A stretch of DNA of 64,000 nucleotides from Klebsormidium nitens (taxonomy: Eukaryota > Plantae > Klebsormidiophyceae). A program made the position numbers and the translations under genes. The stretch lies in NCBI GenBank assembly GCA_000708835.1, contig DF237225.1, positions 1-64,000 of the forward strand, in the 5' to 3' direction. Positions 53,501 to 64,000 of this stretch are shown piece after piece (positions within the stretch are counted from its first letter, which is position 1; every line of letters begins with the position of its first letter). The notes under the pieces were generated by a model. That model did not search any database. It was not told where the DNA came from and saw nothing but the letters and a program-made list of their open reading frames with translations.

Positions 53501-54719
53501 TAGCGGAGGCGATAGAAAGGACGAGACCGCGGATGGTGGTTTTTGGGCACGTGCAACATTCATACGGGGTGCTTCGCCAGGTGAGCACATCAGAGGGATC
53601 CCCCCGCTGCACAGCAGACTTTGCAGATCAAGACGACAGGTTCTTACATGTGGACGATGTTCGGGTTTGCTCCTTTGGAGTTTGCGGTCATTGTTTCTAA
53701 GAGCCCGATTCAAGGACACACCTCTTAAAGCCGGTGCGCGCATGAAAGTCATGGGGCGATGTGCAGGTACAACGGCAGTGTTAATGCATTCATCAGATTG
53801 TGTGTTGCGCAGACACAAGTACTTGGATCATGGTCAAGGACTGATCGTCTCGTATCGTAGTTGAAAAGAAGAAAGAGTGAACAAAAAGGACCGAAGTGAC
53901 ATTATTGTGCACTCTTCACGAGTGTCACACATTTCGACCAAGAATTGCAGCCCGTGTCGTCTTTTGAGAAACGGCGTACTAACGCCGTTGAGGAAAAGCA
54001 AGCCTGTGTCGATCGTCGGCTGCCCTTCTGGTCGTCAGCCGGCGATTCTGGCCTGGAATGATCCTCCATACACCTCGACAATGCCTTTTTTGCCTCTCGT
54101 CGTCATAAGCCCGTGGTGGCTTGGGAAGACGTTCTGCTAGGAGGCTCCGCCAGGAAGTTGGAAAGGGTTTGGGTTTGATTGCAAGTCGGTCCGACCTCCA
54201 TATGGCGCAAGGGATCTGGTTTGCATCAGTCTGCAGTTTTCATTAAATGCGTTGACCTTCAAGTTCGCGGGTGTCCTTCACGACGGACCCTTCCTCGCAC
54301 AGTCTCAAGTAGTGGTTGGCAAGGGGCGGGTTTATTGGGTTCGCTGCTCAATTGTTGTGGTGGTTGGAGTCTGACTAGAGCTGGTTAAGGGTGCTAACGG
54401 GGTGCCCGCTCGCTTACAGATGTACTGCCGACGGCGGGGCTGGCTGCGATCCTGCCAGGACGGGTTAGAAGAGGTTTCCCAGGAAGAGTGGCCGCTTCGA
54501 ATAGAACAGCCGTCAGAAGAACAGCCTTCGGGCTCTGTATATTTCGTCAACGCCGCGTTCGTTATTCCTAGGGTCGACTCCGATGGATCACGGTACGAGG
54601 AAAGAAGACAGCCTTTATTGATTGAGCTAGAAGAAGAGGAGGGGCCCGCCGGCATCGGGCTTGCCGCGTGGGTGCACAACCGAGGTCAAGGGCCCGGTTG
54701 GACCGAGCCACTGCAATGA
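50577..54719 (+). CDS. MPPED1/2-like calcineurin-type metallophosphoesterase with N-terminal transmembrane segment and degenerate active site. Exons: 50577-51042, 51807-51864, 52418-52631, 53419-53580, 54420-54719
   Basis: Phase-consistent joins. Motif order: VSDTHG, DVLVHAGGFS, QLRDFNDWLGAFPHRYKILVPGLAD, IYGAP, IDVLVTQGP, RPRMVVFGHVQHSYG, YFVNAA. Hydrophobic LPAGVLALVVFVLVVLV near the N-terminus. Confidence 0.85.
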
Positions 54720-56052
54720 TTACGATACTTACAGTCGTTCCGAGTTCGTCCTTTTGAGTCACTGACTGCCCGCTCTGTTTGAGATTTTACTTGGTCTTGT
54801 TGATTTGCACTCATCCCACCATGCACAACTGACGGGATGGCTAACAGCGCCCGCGAGCTGCTCCAGGGTTTTTCAATCGTCTATAGGAAAGCAATAACCG
54901 GTGACTACCGCCGGGCCAAATGCCAAGTCCTGGTTTAATTACGATTCCAGTCTGATTACGGCTTTCAAGTTTGACCATGCGCGATAGGGGGAACGCGTAT
55001 CATAACGCGGCACCCCTATATACTTCGCCATGCGCAATAAATCCTTTCCGATCTTGCATGTCAGCACATCCCGGCCTCTTACACATTTGCCGTCAACGTA
55101 TGCCCATGGCCGCCCGCCCGCCGGGCTATACAAAACTTTGACTGCGCGAGTCGTGTGAACAAAAGATCAACTTCGTGTTCTCAGTGATCCGGGCCGCTCA
55201 ACTTGACGTGGGGAATTATCCACAAATAGACAGTTGTGGGCATGCACGAACGATCTAGGTTTAACGCGCCAGGTCATGCATATGGGACTAGATCGTGAGT
55301 ACCCCAACTTAGCTGCGGCCCACAGATTTGAATGACCCGGCGTGGCGTCCAGCTTTCATCGACCGTGCAGTGCACATGCAGAGTACGATCCGACGGACTC
55401 GATATCCAATTTCTGGTCCATCAATGGTGATCGCGGACACACCCAGCGCAAGATCAATTAAGTAAGCACCCGGCATTCGATCGCGACATACGTGGTAATG
55501 CCACACGATCGGTCGATGAAGATTACAAAGCAAATGAAGCTCAATATTCTTTGAATGTCAAGCTCGCGAGGCACAATTAAGCAGGTTAATACAAAGAGTA
55601 TGCTTGATTCCATCAGACTGACCATGCAGAAGACAATTCAACATTGACCGTGCATGTTATTGGGGACGGTTCGAGAATCTCCATGTACATGGCTCGTGCC
55701 AGGCCGAGCGTGTAGCTTCAACTGGTTTTACCTTCCTATTAGCGAAGCGTGAGGTCCTGTATGCGCGCGGCGGCCCATGAGGTGACTTCAGTCCTGAATC
55801 AGTCGTCCTGAACGAACTTAGCATGACTACTGTAGCTATCAAAACGCTTGCACGCATTGCCTCAAACCTCTCTTAGTTCACAATAAAACCACCTTCTACA
55901 AAGCCGCGCTTTACAGCTCAAACCTTCACATGCCTACAATCTCTCGCGCGCCGCATGACGAAACCTTGTTTCTCGTGGCTTATCAAAACCTTCGTTCCTG
56001 TGGCAAGTAGTCCACGTGACCGACTAGCCACGTCATATCGCCACGTCATAAC

Positions 56053-59000
56053 TTAAGCCGGTGACGGGGCCGCTGCGCCCTGAGCGGCGCTCTGACCGGG
56101 GCTCGGCGCGCTCGCGCCGTTGGGGATGGGACCGATCGCGTTAGGCGGGAGCGTCGGCGGGTTAACCGTGCTAACCGGGACGGGTCCCCCGATCGCGACG
56201 AGGGGCGCCACGACCTGCACCATTTGCTGAGCCGAGCCGGGCACGATCCTAAAGTTGGACGCATTACCAGTCGGGGGCTTCTCGACATGGGCCAAGTTTC
56301 CGGCGATGTTGTCGGACCCCTGGGCGATGTTGATATAGGGAGTGGTGGCTTGGAGCGTGGAGCTGATATTGTAAAATGGCGTGGGTGTGAATACGTCGGT
56401 GACGTTGGATGCCGGCCCGGTGCCGTTGGCGGCGACGGAGCCGTTGAGCAAGGTGACGTAAGGGGTCGTCAGCTTGAATAGATAGTTGCTCGGGTCGGTG
56501 GTGGTATTGACGGGTTGGACGATGAACTCTGACGAGCTTTGGTACCGGTAGGTGGCGTTTCCGGAACCGTTCACCTGGAGAACGGAAAAGCACAGCACTA
56601 TTTAGATAAGCTTCGGTGACTCTCGCCACTCCCGTGGTCAATCCAGATGTGCCCAACATCGTACGATAATAGGTCTCAACCTTGCGGAAGGCAACCGTGG
56701 GCCGAAATGAGCAAACCCGTATTAAACGGCGCACAAGGAAAGAGAAGGAATTGATTGTTCGAAGCGGTTTCTTGAGCACAGTAGATATTACCCCCTCTTT
56801 TTATGTCTTGGAATACGTCATATTCTCGCAGCCCTGGGAAATCAGGCTCAACAACGAAACGACCAGGAAACAGCAGTGCGGTGCCTCGCTTCGATAAAAC
56901 CGTTATCCTCGAATCGGACGATACTTCCGTCGTCCCAACGGCACAAGGTCGATAAAGAACATTCTCGAACAAGAGGAGGTAGTGGCGCATTTTCATTCCG
57001 AGAGGAGGTTAGTGGCAGTTTTCATTTTGCATTCTTTAAAAAATGACGGTACCCACCACGATGCTGTATTCGCCGGCGTACCCACGGAATCCAAACTGGC
57101 CGTTGGCGTCGGTAGTTCCCGTCACGTTTTGCGTCCTCCACTCACGGTAATACAGGTCCTCCCACAGCTGGCCCGCGAGGCGGGGGGAGAAGTCCAGGTT
57201 GTATAGGCACTTATTTCCGGAACACGTGCCGTTATTCTGTTCCCAGTCGTCCTCGCCGTTCCAGGTTTGGGACAGCAACATTCCCTGTACAGCCGATGAC
57301 GAATCTGAAGGTGAGTTTACGGACACTTGTCAAGGGACAACGTGCCGTTGATCGCTCGCCAGTCCTCCCGCCGGTCCTGGTTTGCTCTGGCAGCAGCCCG
57401 TGCGATAAAGGGGATGATGCAACTATGTCAACAATTGTTCGCACAGGTTCGACAAGATGTTCGACTGTAGAAAAGTACCCGAGATGGACAATGAAAGGCA
57501 GGATACAGAATGCCTCCACTGACAGATGGTAGAACGGCGAGTCGAGAAAGCCTTAGGTGCTGTCACCTTTTCCGAGGACAGACTACGTACCATTGCCTCT
57601 CGGGAGCCGTGAGGGCCAGACTATCCTGCCGGTAATAGTAAGGAAAGCGGCAAAACACCGAATTCTTTCACGGCAATACGACATTTCTTTCTATAGATCT
57701 CACGTCCGGCCCACAGAAACAAACTCAGAGCACTGGGCGTTCCCACATGTAGGCCAATCGCGATGCAAGGCAGACGACACTTGGACCTTATAATTTTCTG
57801 CTTTTGGACTGGCAGGTTCTAGCAATGTTAAAAAGCTCTTCCGGGTCCCTTCAGATTTTTTCAAAGTAAGGATATTTCGGGGGTTTAGGGTCATCATACA
57901 GACTACGGAGCAGATGAAATGCGGGTTTGAGTATCTTGATTGCTGCGAAGCCCCTAAACGTAAAGCATTCCTTCCGTGAAGTGGATACTTCCGTCTCACC
58001 TTGACAGCCGGGTGGGCGAACGCTTCTCTCCAGATCAGCTCCAATGAATCCCTTTGCAGTTGCTCTGAGTAGGGTTCCACTGTCAACCTGAGGTTGATCT
58101 CAGTCATCCAGATGGGGATGCCGAACTGTCCAAGCTTGTCCAGTCCGTAGCGGAAGACGTAGGGTTGGATCTGTGTGAACTGGCCTTGAGCGGCAAAGGC
58201 ACTGACTGGGCCTCCCTGCAGAAAAAAAAGAAATTCTTTTGGCAGGTGTGGTTTGCAGTGGGGTTGTCCTATCGTGCTCCGCTTGAAGAGATACCTGAGC
58301 TGACGTTTTGATTCCAGGCTTTTCTTTCCTCTTGCTCTCCACCTTACCTCTGGTGCGGCGCTTGGAAGGGCGTGCGCAGATTGGACGAGAGAAGTCTAAT
58401 CGTAGGTGAGGAAAGCGATGTTTCATTGGACTGACAACATGCAAAATGCCTGTCACTCAAATAGGAAACAATCACGTATCGAACGAGGGGCCGACCGCAG
58501 AAGCGACCAGGAGGAGCGCGCTTCCATTCTCAGCCTTTGAAAAGCCGCTCCGAGCGAGGGCCTTGGATCGAAACGGTCAGACAATCAGTAAATCATTCCA
58601 GTGATTGATCTCTCCACTGTTCAATGGATCCACGAGCAGGAAGCTTGCAAGGCCACCTTGTAAACCCCACACGTGCCGACTGACCTGTTGCCGCAGATAC
58701 GTCACGAAGTCCATGGCTGCCTCTGGCCACACCGTGCTGTCGTCACACGCCTCGACCATGTTGTAATCGCTCAGGAACGTGACAGCTGTCGGGTCCAGGG
58801 ACTTGGTCACGTTGAAGTACCACGGACGCACGTCGAACCCGAGCTTCTCGTTGAAGTAGCGCTTGTGAATGATCTCGTTGGCAGGGTCCCATTGTTTGAT
58901 CGAGTTCTGCGAAGAAGTAAGCCGACTTCAGGATTCAGGGTCTCTCAAAAGCGCATTGTTGGTGTGTTTTCGCGGCCGTCGTTGGCTCAGAAGCCAGGTC

Positions 59001-62000
59001 AGGAAAACCGGACATCGCTTTTGGTGGAGATGTGACAGCGGGTCCTGCAAGCTGAGTCTATAATCAGATTTTCGAAGCTAAGTCAAAGCTCTTTTATGGC
59101 GCAGACGGGGTCAGACTCCTAGTCACAAAGCAGCAAAGCAGATCTCAACGGTTTCCACCTTCTTCCAGAAGAGGACACCCCCTCCGCTGTTTGCAAGTTT
59201 CAACAAACAACCCGCACAACAAACGGCCTGCCTGTCCAAGGAGAACCGTGAATGCGTGTGGCAAAGTGGCGGCCAGTCGCAGCCGATCCTGGATTGCGTC
59301 ACATCAGCGTAGGAAAGGGCTGCCGCTTCAAAGTTTTGGAATTACCAATCATATCATAGTTATCTCACGTCATCAGTTGACTGCACCTTGACTCGCAAGT
59401 CAAAAAACACACAAATTGCGTTCCAACAGCAATTTTATAGCGCCAGATCTCTACGACATTGGCATTTGAACACGAGCCCCTAACTCTATGGCCCTTCATT
59501 TTAGCAAAACTAAAGCTGCTACACTAACACTATAGATCTTACTCATAAAGTCACCCGCTCCCGTACCCACATTAAACCCCCCAACTAACCCCACCCGTCC
59601 CAGGCTGGTCCGCATACTTTTGCTGAAGCTTACTTTTGCTAGATTGAAGCTTCGTCCAAAACCTTACCTTGAACGGCGTGACGACGTCATTCGCGCGGGC
59701 CGTCATGTAGCTGAAGAGCTGCACCGGGTCGGTGATTGACGTCAGCCACGGCTGCAGCGTGCCGACGTCATCCCAGAACACGGTGTGACCACGGACGGAG
59801 ATGGAGTTGTTGTTGGCGTATTCTTGGAGGGCGACGAGTTTGGTGTACGTCAGATTGTCCTGGCTTGGCTGCATAGAGTACCTGCGGCGAGTTATAGGGT
59901 TAGTTTGGGGGTTTACGATAGGTAGAGACACGGAGCAGGTAGAAGGGTTTTTTACTTTCGTTTGTTGCTTGGGGTCAGAAAGGTTATCTTGGGATGGCTA
60001 CATGGAGTACCTGCGGGACGTTACAGATTACTTTGGGGGTTAGAGACGAGAAGCAGGTAGATCTCCCGGAAAGGCTTTCTACTTTCGTTTCTTGCTTGGT
60101 GTACGTAGGGTTATACTGGGATGGCTGCATAGAGTGCCTGCGGAAAATAACAGGGTTAGTTTGGGGGTTTGGCGCTTCAGCATCCCCTAACCAGCTGTGG
60201 TTGACGTTTCCGAAAGGCAACGCTTGATATGGTGGACGGCTTTAATCAACCCAAATGAATCGGCTCACAATTGCAGCCAGCTTTGCATAAGCAATTGCAG
60301 CCAATTCTTCATAAAGAATTCGTTGCCCCGTGTGGCTCTTCTGAGATTCTAAAACCCTAAAACCCTAAAAAACCATAAAACCCTTAAAAGTGAATGTCGC
60401 TGCGACTTTGCGCAAAGTCTTGTCTCGGGCGACTTCCAGAACGGAGTATCGCCCTGAACGGTCGCTAGGGAAAACGACTTTCCTCGACGCCTTCCGGATC
60501 CGAGAAATAACGGGCCTTACGACACGAGCGCATTCGCGTGAGCAGTCCAACAGTAGCCGCCTCCCCAGAGGATAGATTTTGTAGTTGCAAACGGCTTTTT
60601 TTTACCAAAAAAGAAGACCTACAACTGAAGCAAACTCTCCTTAACCACAAAAGTAACGGCTTACCACTTGAGCGCATTTGCATAAGCGGTCCAAGAGTAG
60701 CCGTTTCCCAAAAACAACATTTGATGTTCTACTTGTCAGGGTCAAGCCGAACAACTGCAACCGGTTATCAAAAAATCCACAAGTAACGGGCTTACCACTT
60801 GAGCGCATCCGCATAAGCGGTCCAGGAGTAGCCGTTTCCCCACTTGCCGGCAAACCATTCGCGGTATTGCGCGTTGGTGTAGGCAACGTCTTGGAGATCG
60901 TCTCCGAAGGGGAACGTTTGCTGGGTCTGGTTGATAGCCAAGGTTGCGTTAGGAACAGGGTTACCGGCGGCATCCACGACTGTGATGACGACGTCGCGCT
61001 TTCGCACCTGCAAAAGGCCGAGGTCTGGGGCTTAGGTTATGAAACGGGTTCGAAAAATTTGCTTGTTAAGAGTGAAGGCGTCAGGAACAGGATTGCGATT
61101 ACACCGTCAACTCAGTCAGGACGTTTTTGATCTGTTTCCTTTATCGGCGGAGCCGGTCAAATCTAGGCGCGTGAAAGCTTTGAGCACTGGTGGTTGACCC
61201 ACTCCTACACAGAACGTCCCAGGGGGAGTGCTCCATAGCATTTCAGGGGTGACTGCTGCCAATCTTCCTACGCTTGTTTGAAAACCGAAAGAACGAACAC
61301 ATCCATCCTCTACGCGTTCCAAGCCCAGTTCGTTGGAAAGAGAACCCTTGGGGAGGCAGAATATAAGGGCTACAGCTTTGGGCCAGCCCAATGTCCCACC
61401 TGTCAACGACATAAGAATCGACACTCTCTCTGAAAATGATAAAGCAAAACCAGGACTTTCTAGGAGAAGCTCACATAGTCTGTCCTCTGCCGAACATCGG
61501 CCAACCAGCTCGACCGGTTCACTCCCACAACCGCAATGCTGTAAATGTCAATCTCGTAAGGGGGCGACGTCGTGTTTGTCGTCTGGTTTCCTGGCAGGGC
61601 ATTCCCGGTGATCTCCACCTTGACGTCGGTCAGAGGCCCGTTGTAAGAGGGTCCGGTCATGCCTCCCAGGACGAGCGTGTAGCAGTCGGAGTAAACCACG
61701 GAAACCATCGCCGCACACTGGACGGACCAACGAGCGGAATAGTCAGAAGACGTGAGCCACTACGGGGGTTCGTACAACGAAACAAAAGGAGAAGCAGAGA
61801 ATACGGGATTGGCGAGCCTCCCCAACTAGGCTGCGCAGGGAGGGCCGAGACTCGATGCCACGGAACAAGCGCCAATGGCTGAGCTGGAAATTGATCAGAA
61901 CGGAACTAATAGATTGCACCAACCTTCCAGAACAGACAGTGGTATTCTTGTGTTGGTCAGGCGGACAGAAGAGAGGGGCTTGCATTCAGTGAGACGTAAG

Positions 62001-63066
62001 TGCTATCCGAAACCCTCTCGAACGAAGAGAGGCGCTCGACTACCGCTGACTTTCAGCGATTGCTGTTCAGATTGAACAATTGGCTCATTCTCCGGGACTT
62101 CCCTGAAAATTATTTGCAGTTACGTACTATACAAAAAATAGCTAGGCAAAGAAGCTACCGGCTCTGAAGCCAGAACATTTCGAGCCGCATTCAAAAACAG
62201 TCTTGTCTGCAAGATGACCTGGTAAATTGCCCGCACGCTTCTTCTCGCTCCGTCAACATGCTGAGTCAAAACCCCGAGGTGGAATATCCAAGAGCAAAGG
62301 ACCTAACGAGGCATCCAAAGGGAAGAGATTCAACGAGACTTCTGTAATCAGGGAAGAAAGTCGCTTGCCTTGAAATCAATGTCGTTGTAGTTGAACCTCA
62401 TCCGGATCTTCTCCTTAGTTGAGCCCACAATTTTGACGTATGCGCCAAGCTGCACGAAGAACAAGCAATTCAGCAATCTAGATCTGCAATACTTTCAGTT
62501 CTTGCATCTTCGAACAACACTTCCAGCAACAGGTGACCTACAGACGGTCCCCAAGAACCATTTCGTACTCCTAACACCCACGATAAGACCCTCGTCCCAA
62601 AACGACTTCAACAATTCGAATCAACGGAAAAGGGGAGGAGTCCGAAATCCTTCACCCCAGCTGGTCCTCCAAAGTGAGGTCATCGTTTTTTGTAATGGAA
62701 CCGTGCAAAGTTTCCCTTCTTCCATCTATCGTCTTTTTTTCATATTCCCATCTTTCTACATTCAAAACTGCGCCGCTACAAAGGGTGCACTTTCAGATCG
62801 TTCGACTCTCGAGAATCGAGAATTTGGGGTTTTGAATGTTAGACGCCCACCTTGTACAGCGTGCCAATCTGCATCCCGGAGACATTGATCGAAACTCCGT
62901 CGGACGGCTTTGTACGGCCCCCGACGGCAATGTACGATCCGTTCCCGCCAACCGACAGAGTCTCCCCGCCATTGAGAGGCTGCCACGAACCAGGCACGGC
63001 CGTGAAGGGGGTCGGACTGTCGACGATGGTGGGACCCGCAATGGTCACGTTCAAAGAGTCGGGACA
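56053..63066 (-). CDS. GH10 endo-1,4-beta-xylanase with N-terminal CBM4/9/22-like domain and C-terminal Pro/Ala/Ser/Thr-rich tail. Exons: 63066-62851, 62449-62369, 61717-61475, 61007-60796, 59881-59668, 58906-58685, 58215-58000, 57284-57057, 56574-56053; first exon possibly ~63988-63857
   Basis: TFPFG; ALKW-YSMQP; VRGHTVFWD; acid/base WDPANE; FLSDYN; nucleophile PIWMTE; WREAFAHPAVK; FRGYAGEY. Phases are consistent. The 5' end is uncertain. Confidence 0.88.
59960..60180 (-). repeat. Two copies of the branch point/acceptor plus exon start of GH10 exon 59881-59668
   Basis: gcatagagtacctgcgg...agggttagtttgggggttt at about 59871 (real), with copies at about 60000 and 60127. Confidence 0.85.
60349..60389. 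repeat. Interstitial telomere-type repeat (CCCTAAAA)n, 4-5 partly degenerate units
   Basis: ctaaaaccctaaaaccctaaaaaaccataaaacccttaaaa. TTTTAGGG is the telomere motif reported for Klebsormidiophyceae (recalled). Confidence 0.65.
60640..60715 (-). repeat. Copy of the 3' end and donor of GH10 exon 61007-60796
   Basis: cttaccacttgagcgcatttgcataagcggtccaagagtagccgtttccc (60660-60709) versus the real junction at 60791-60840, differing at only a few positions. Confidence 0.9.
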
Positions 63067-64000
63067 CTGCATTTAAAGGCGTACCAGAGGCAGATTTCAG
63101 CGCTTGTAGAGTTCGTGTACTCGTCAGGACGACGTACTCTAGGGGCTATAAAAGTAAAGCCTTGCTACTAAGCAGGTGCTGTGATTGCGCCCTTCCATGT
63201 CGGCTCCTCTTGTTGCAACAACAGATGTGGCCGACCACAGTCAAGTATGATGGATCCTTTGAGCAGCAAATCTGCCTGTAAAATTCTGAAGAGTCTGCTT
63301 GGCGACACCCTGTTAAAATACTGAAGCGTATGCTCAGCGACACCAAACGGGTTGTTGTATCCCAAGAAGAAATTGGACACTACAAGTTGGAAAGAAGTGC
63401 ACGGCTGTTGCTTTCGCAAAGCTAAGGGCGAAGTAGAAGGGTTCCAAGCATATCGCCGTTGCATTCCAGAAGAAGCAAGTAATACGGCTCTACTGACAAT
63501 CGTAAGTGCAGACACGGTACGTGGTCTTGCTAACCCGAACGGATCTGTGATTAACAACGGCGACAACTCATTCGAAGGGTATTGCCAGACAAATCTCGTA
63601 ACTCGATGACAAGAGCCAGTCTGGTCGAAGTCAAGCCTTTGTGCTCATCTTCACAACCTCTTTCACATTCCGGTTCTGATTGGTTTGTGAAGCGACAAGA
63701 AATATGAAGCCTCTGTCATGCTTTGAAGAAGGCTCAAAGACTTCAAAGCCTCTGCCTTGATGTACTTCCGACCACAAGAGTCATTCCAACTTCTTCACGC
63801 TTGGAAAAAATGGGGAAGCTGTGCCGTGCAAAATAAATAAATGACGGGCGACTCACGATCTGTGACAGGGGGGGTACAGCCAGGGTAATCTGCGTGCCAG
63901 CAACTGCAATGCACAAGCAGAAAAGTTTAGCAAAGATGTTGGGGAACTGTGTTTGGAAGGGACCATTTCTGCAATGATGCCATATCATGCAATGGATTTG

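Overview
Eukaryotic, intron-rich genomic scaffold with two N-gaps (5981-6085, 20864-21257). Gene content, intron style and a (CCCTAAAA)n telomere-type motif point to a streptophyte green alga, most likely Klebsormidium (inference). I rebuilt spliced models by hand and checked exon phases across GT/GC-AG junctions for eight genes: LHCB6/CP24 (+), a beta-carbonic anhydrase (-), MPP6 (+), a divergent single-domain MetF/MTHFR-like protein (-), spastin (+), MSH3 (-), an MPPED-like metallophosphoesterase with degenerate metal ligands (+) and a GH10 xylanase with a CBM-like domain and a Pro/Ala-rich tail (-). A Sel1-repeat ORF with a disrupted downstream extension, a MITE and a decayed long ORF are also present. 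The most striking pattern is that introns in at least four genes contain local, often multi-copy duplications of the adjacent exon-intron junction ('splice-junction shadows'), many still carrying GT or AG sites. One of them would give an in-frame 44-aa alternative acceptor. Two predicted enzymes (MTHFR-like, MPPED-like) lack canonical catalytic residues. No rRNA, tRNA or CRISPR array was recognised. No database searches were run; family calls rest on recalled motifs.
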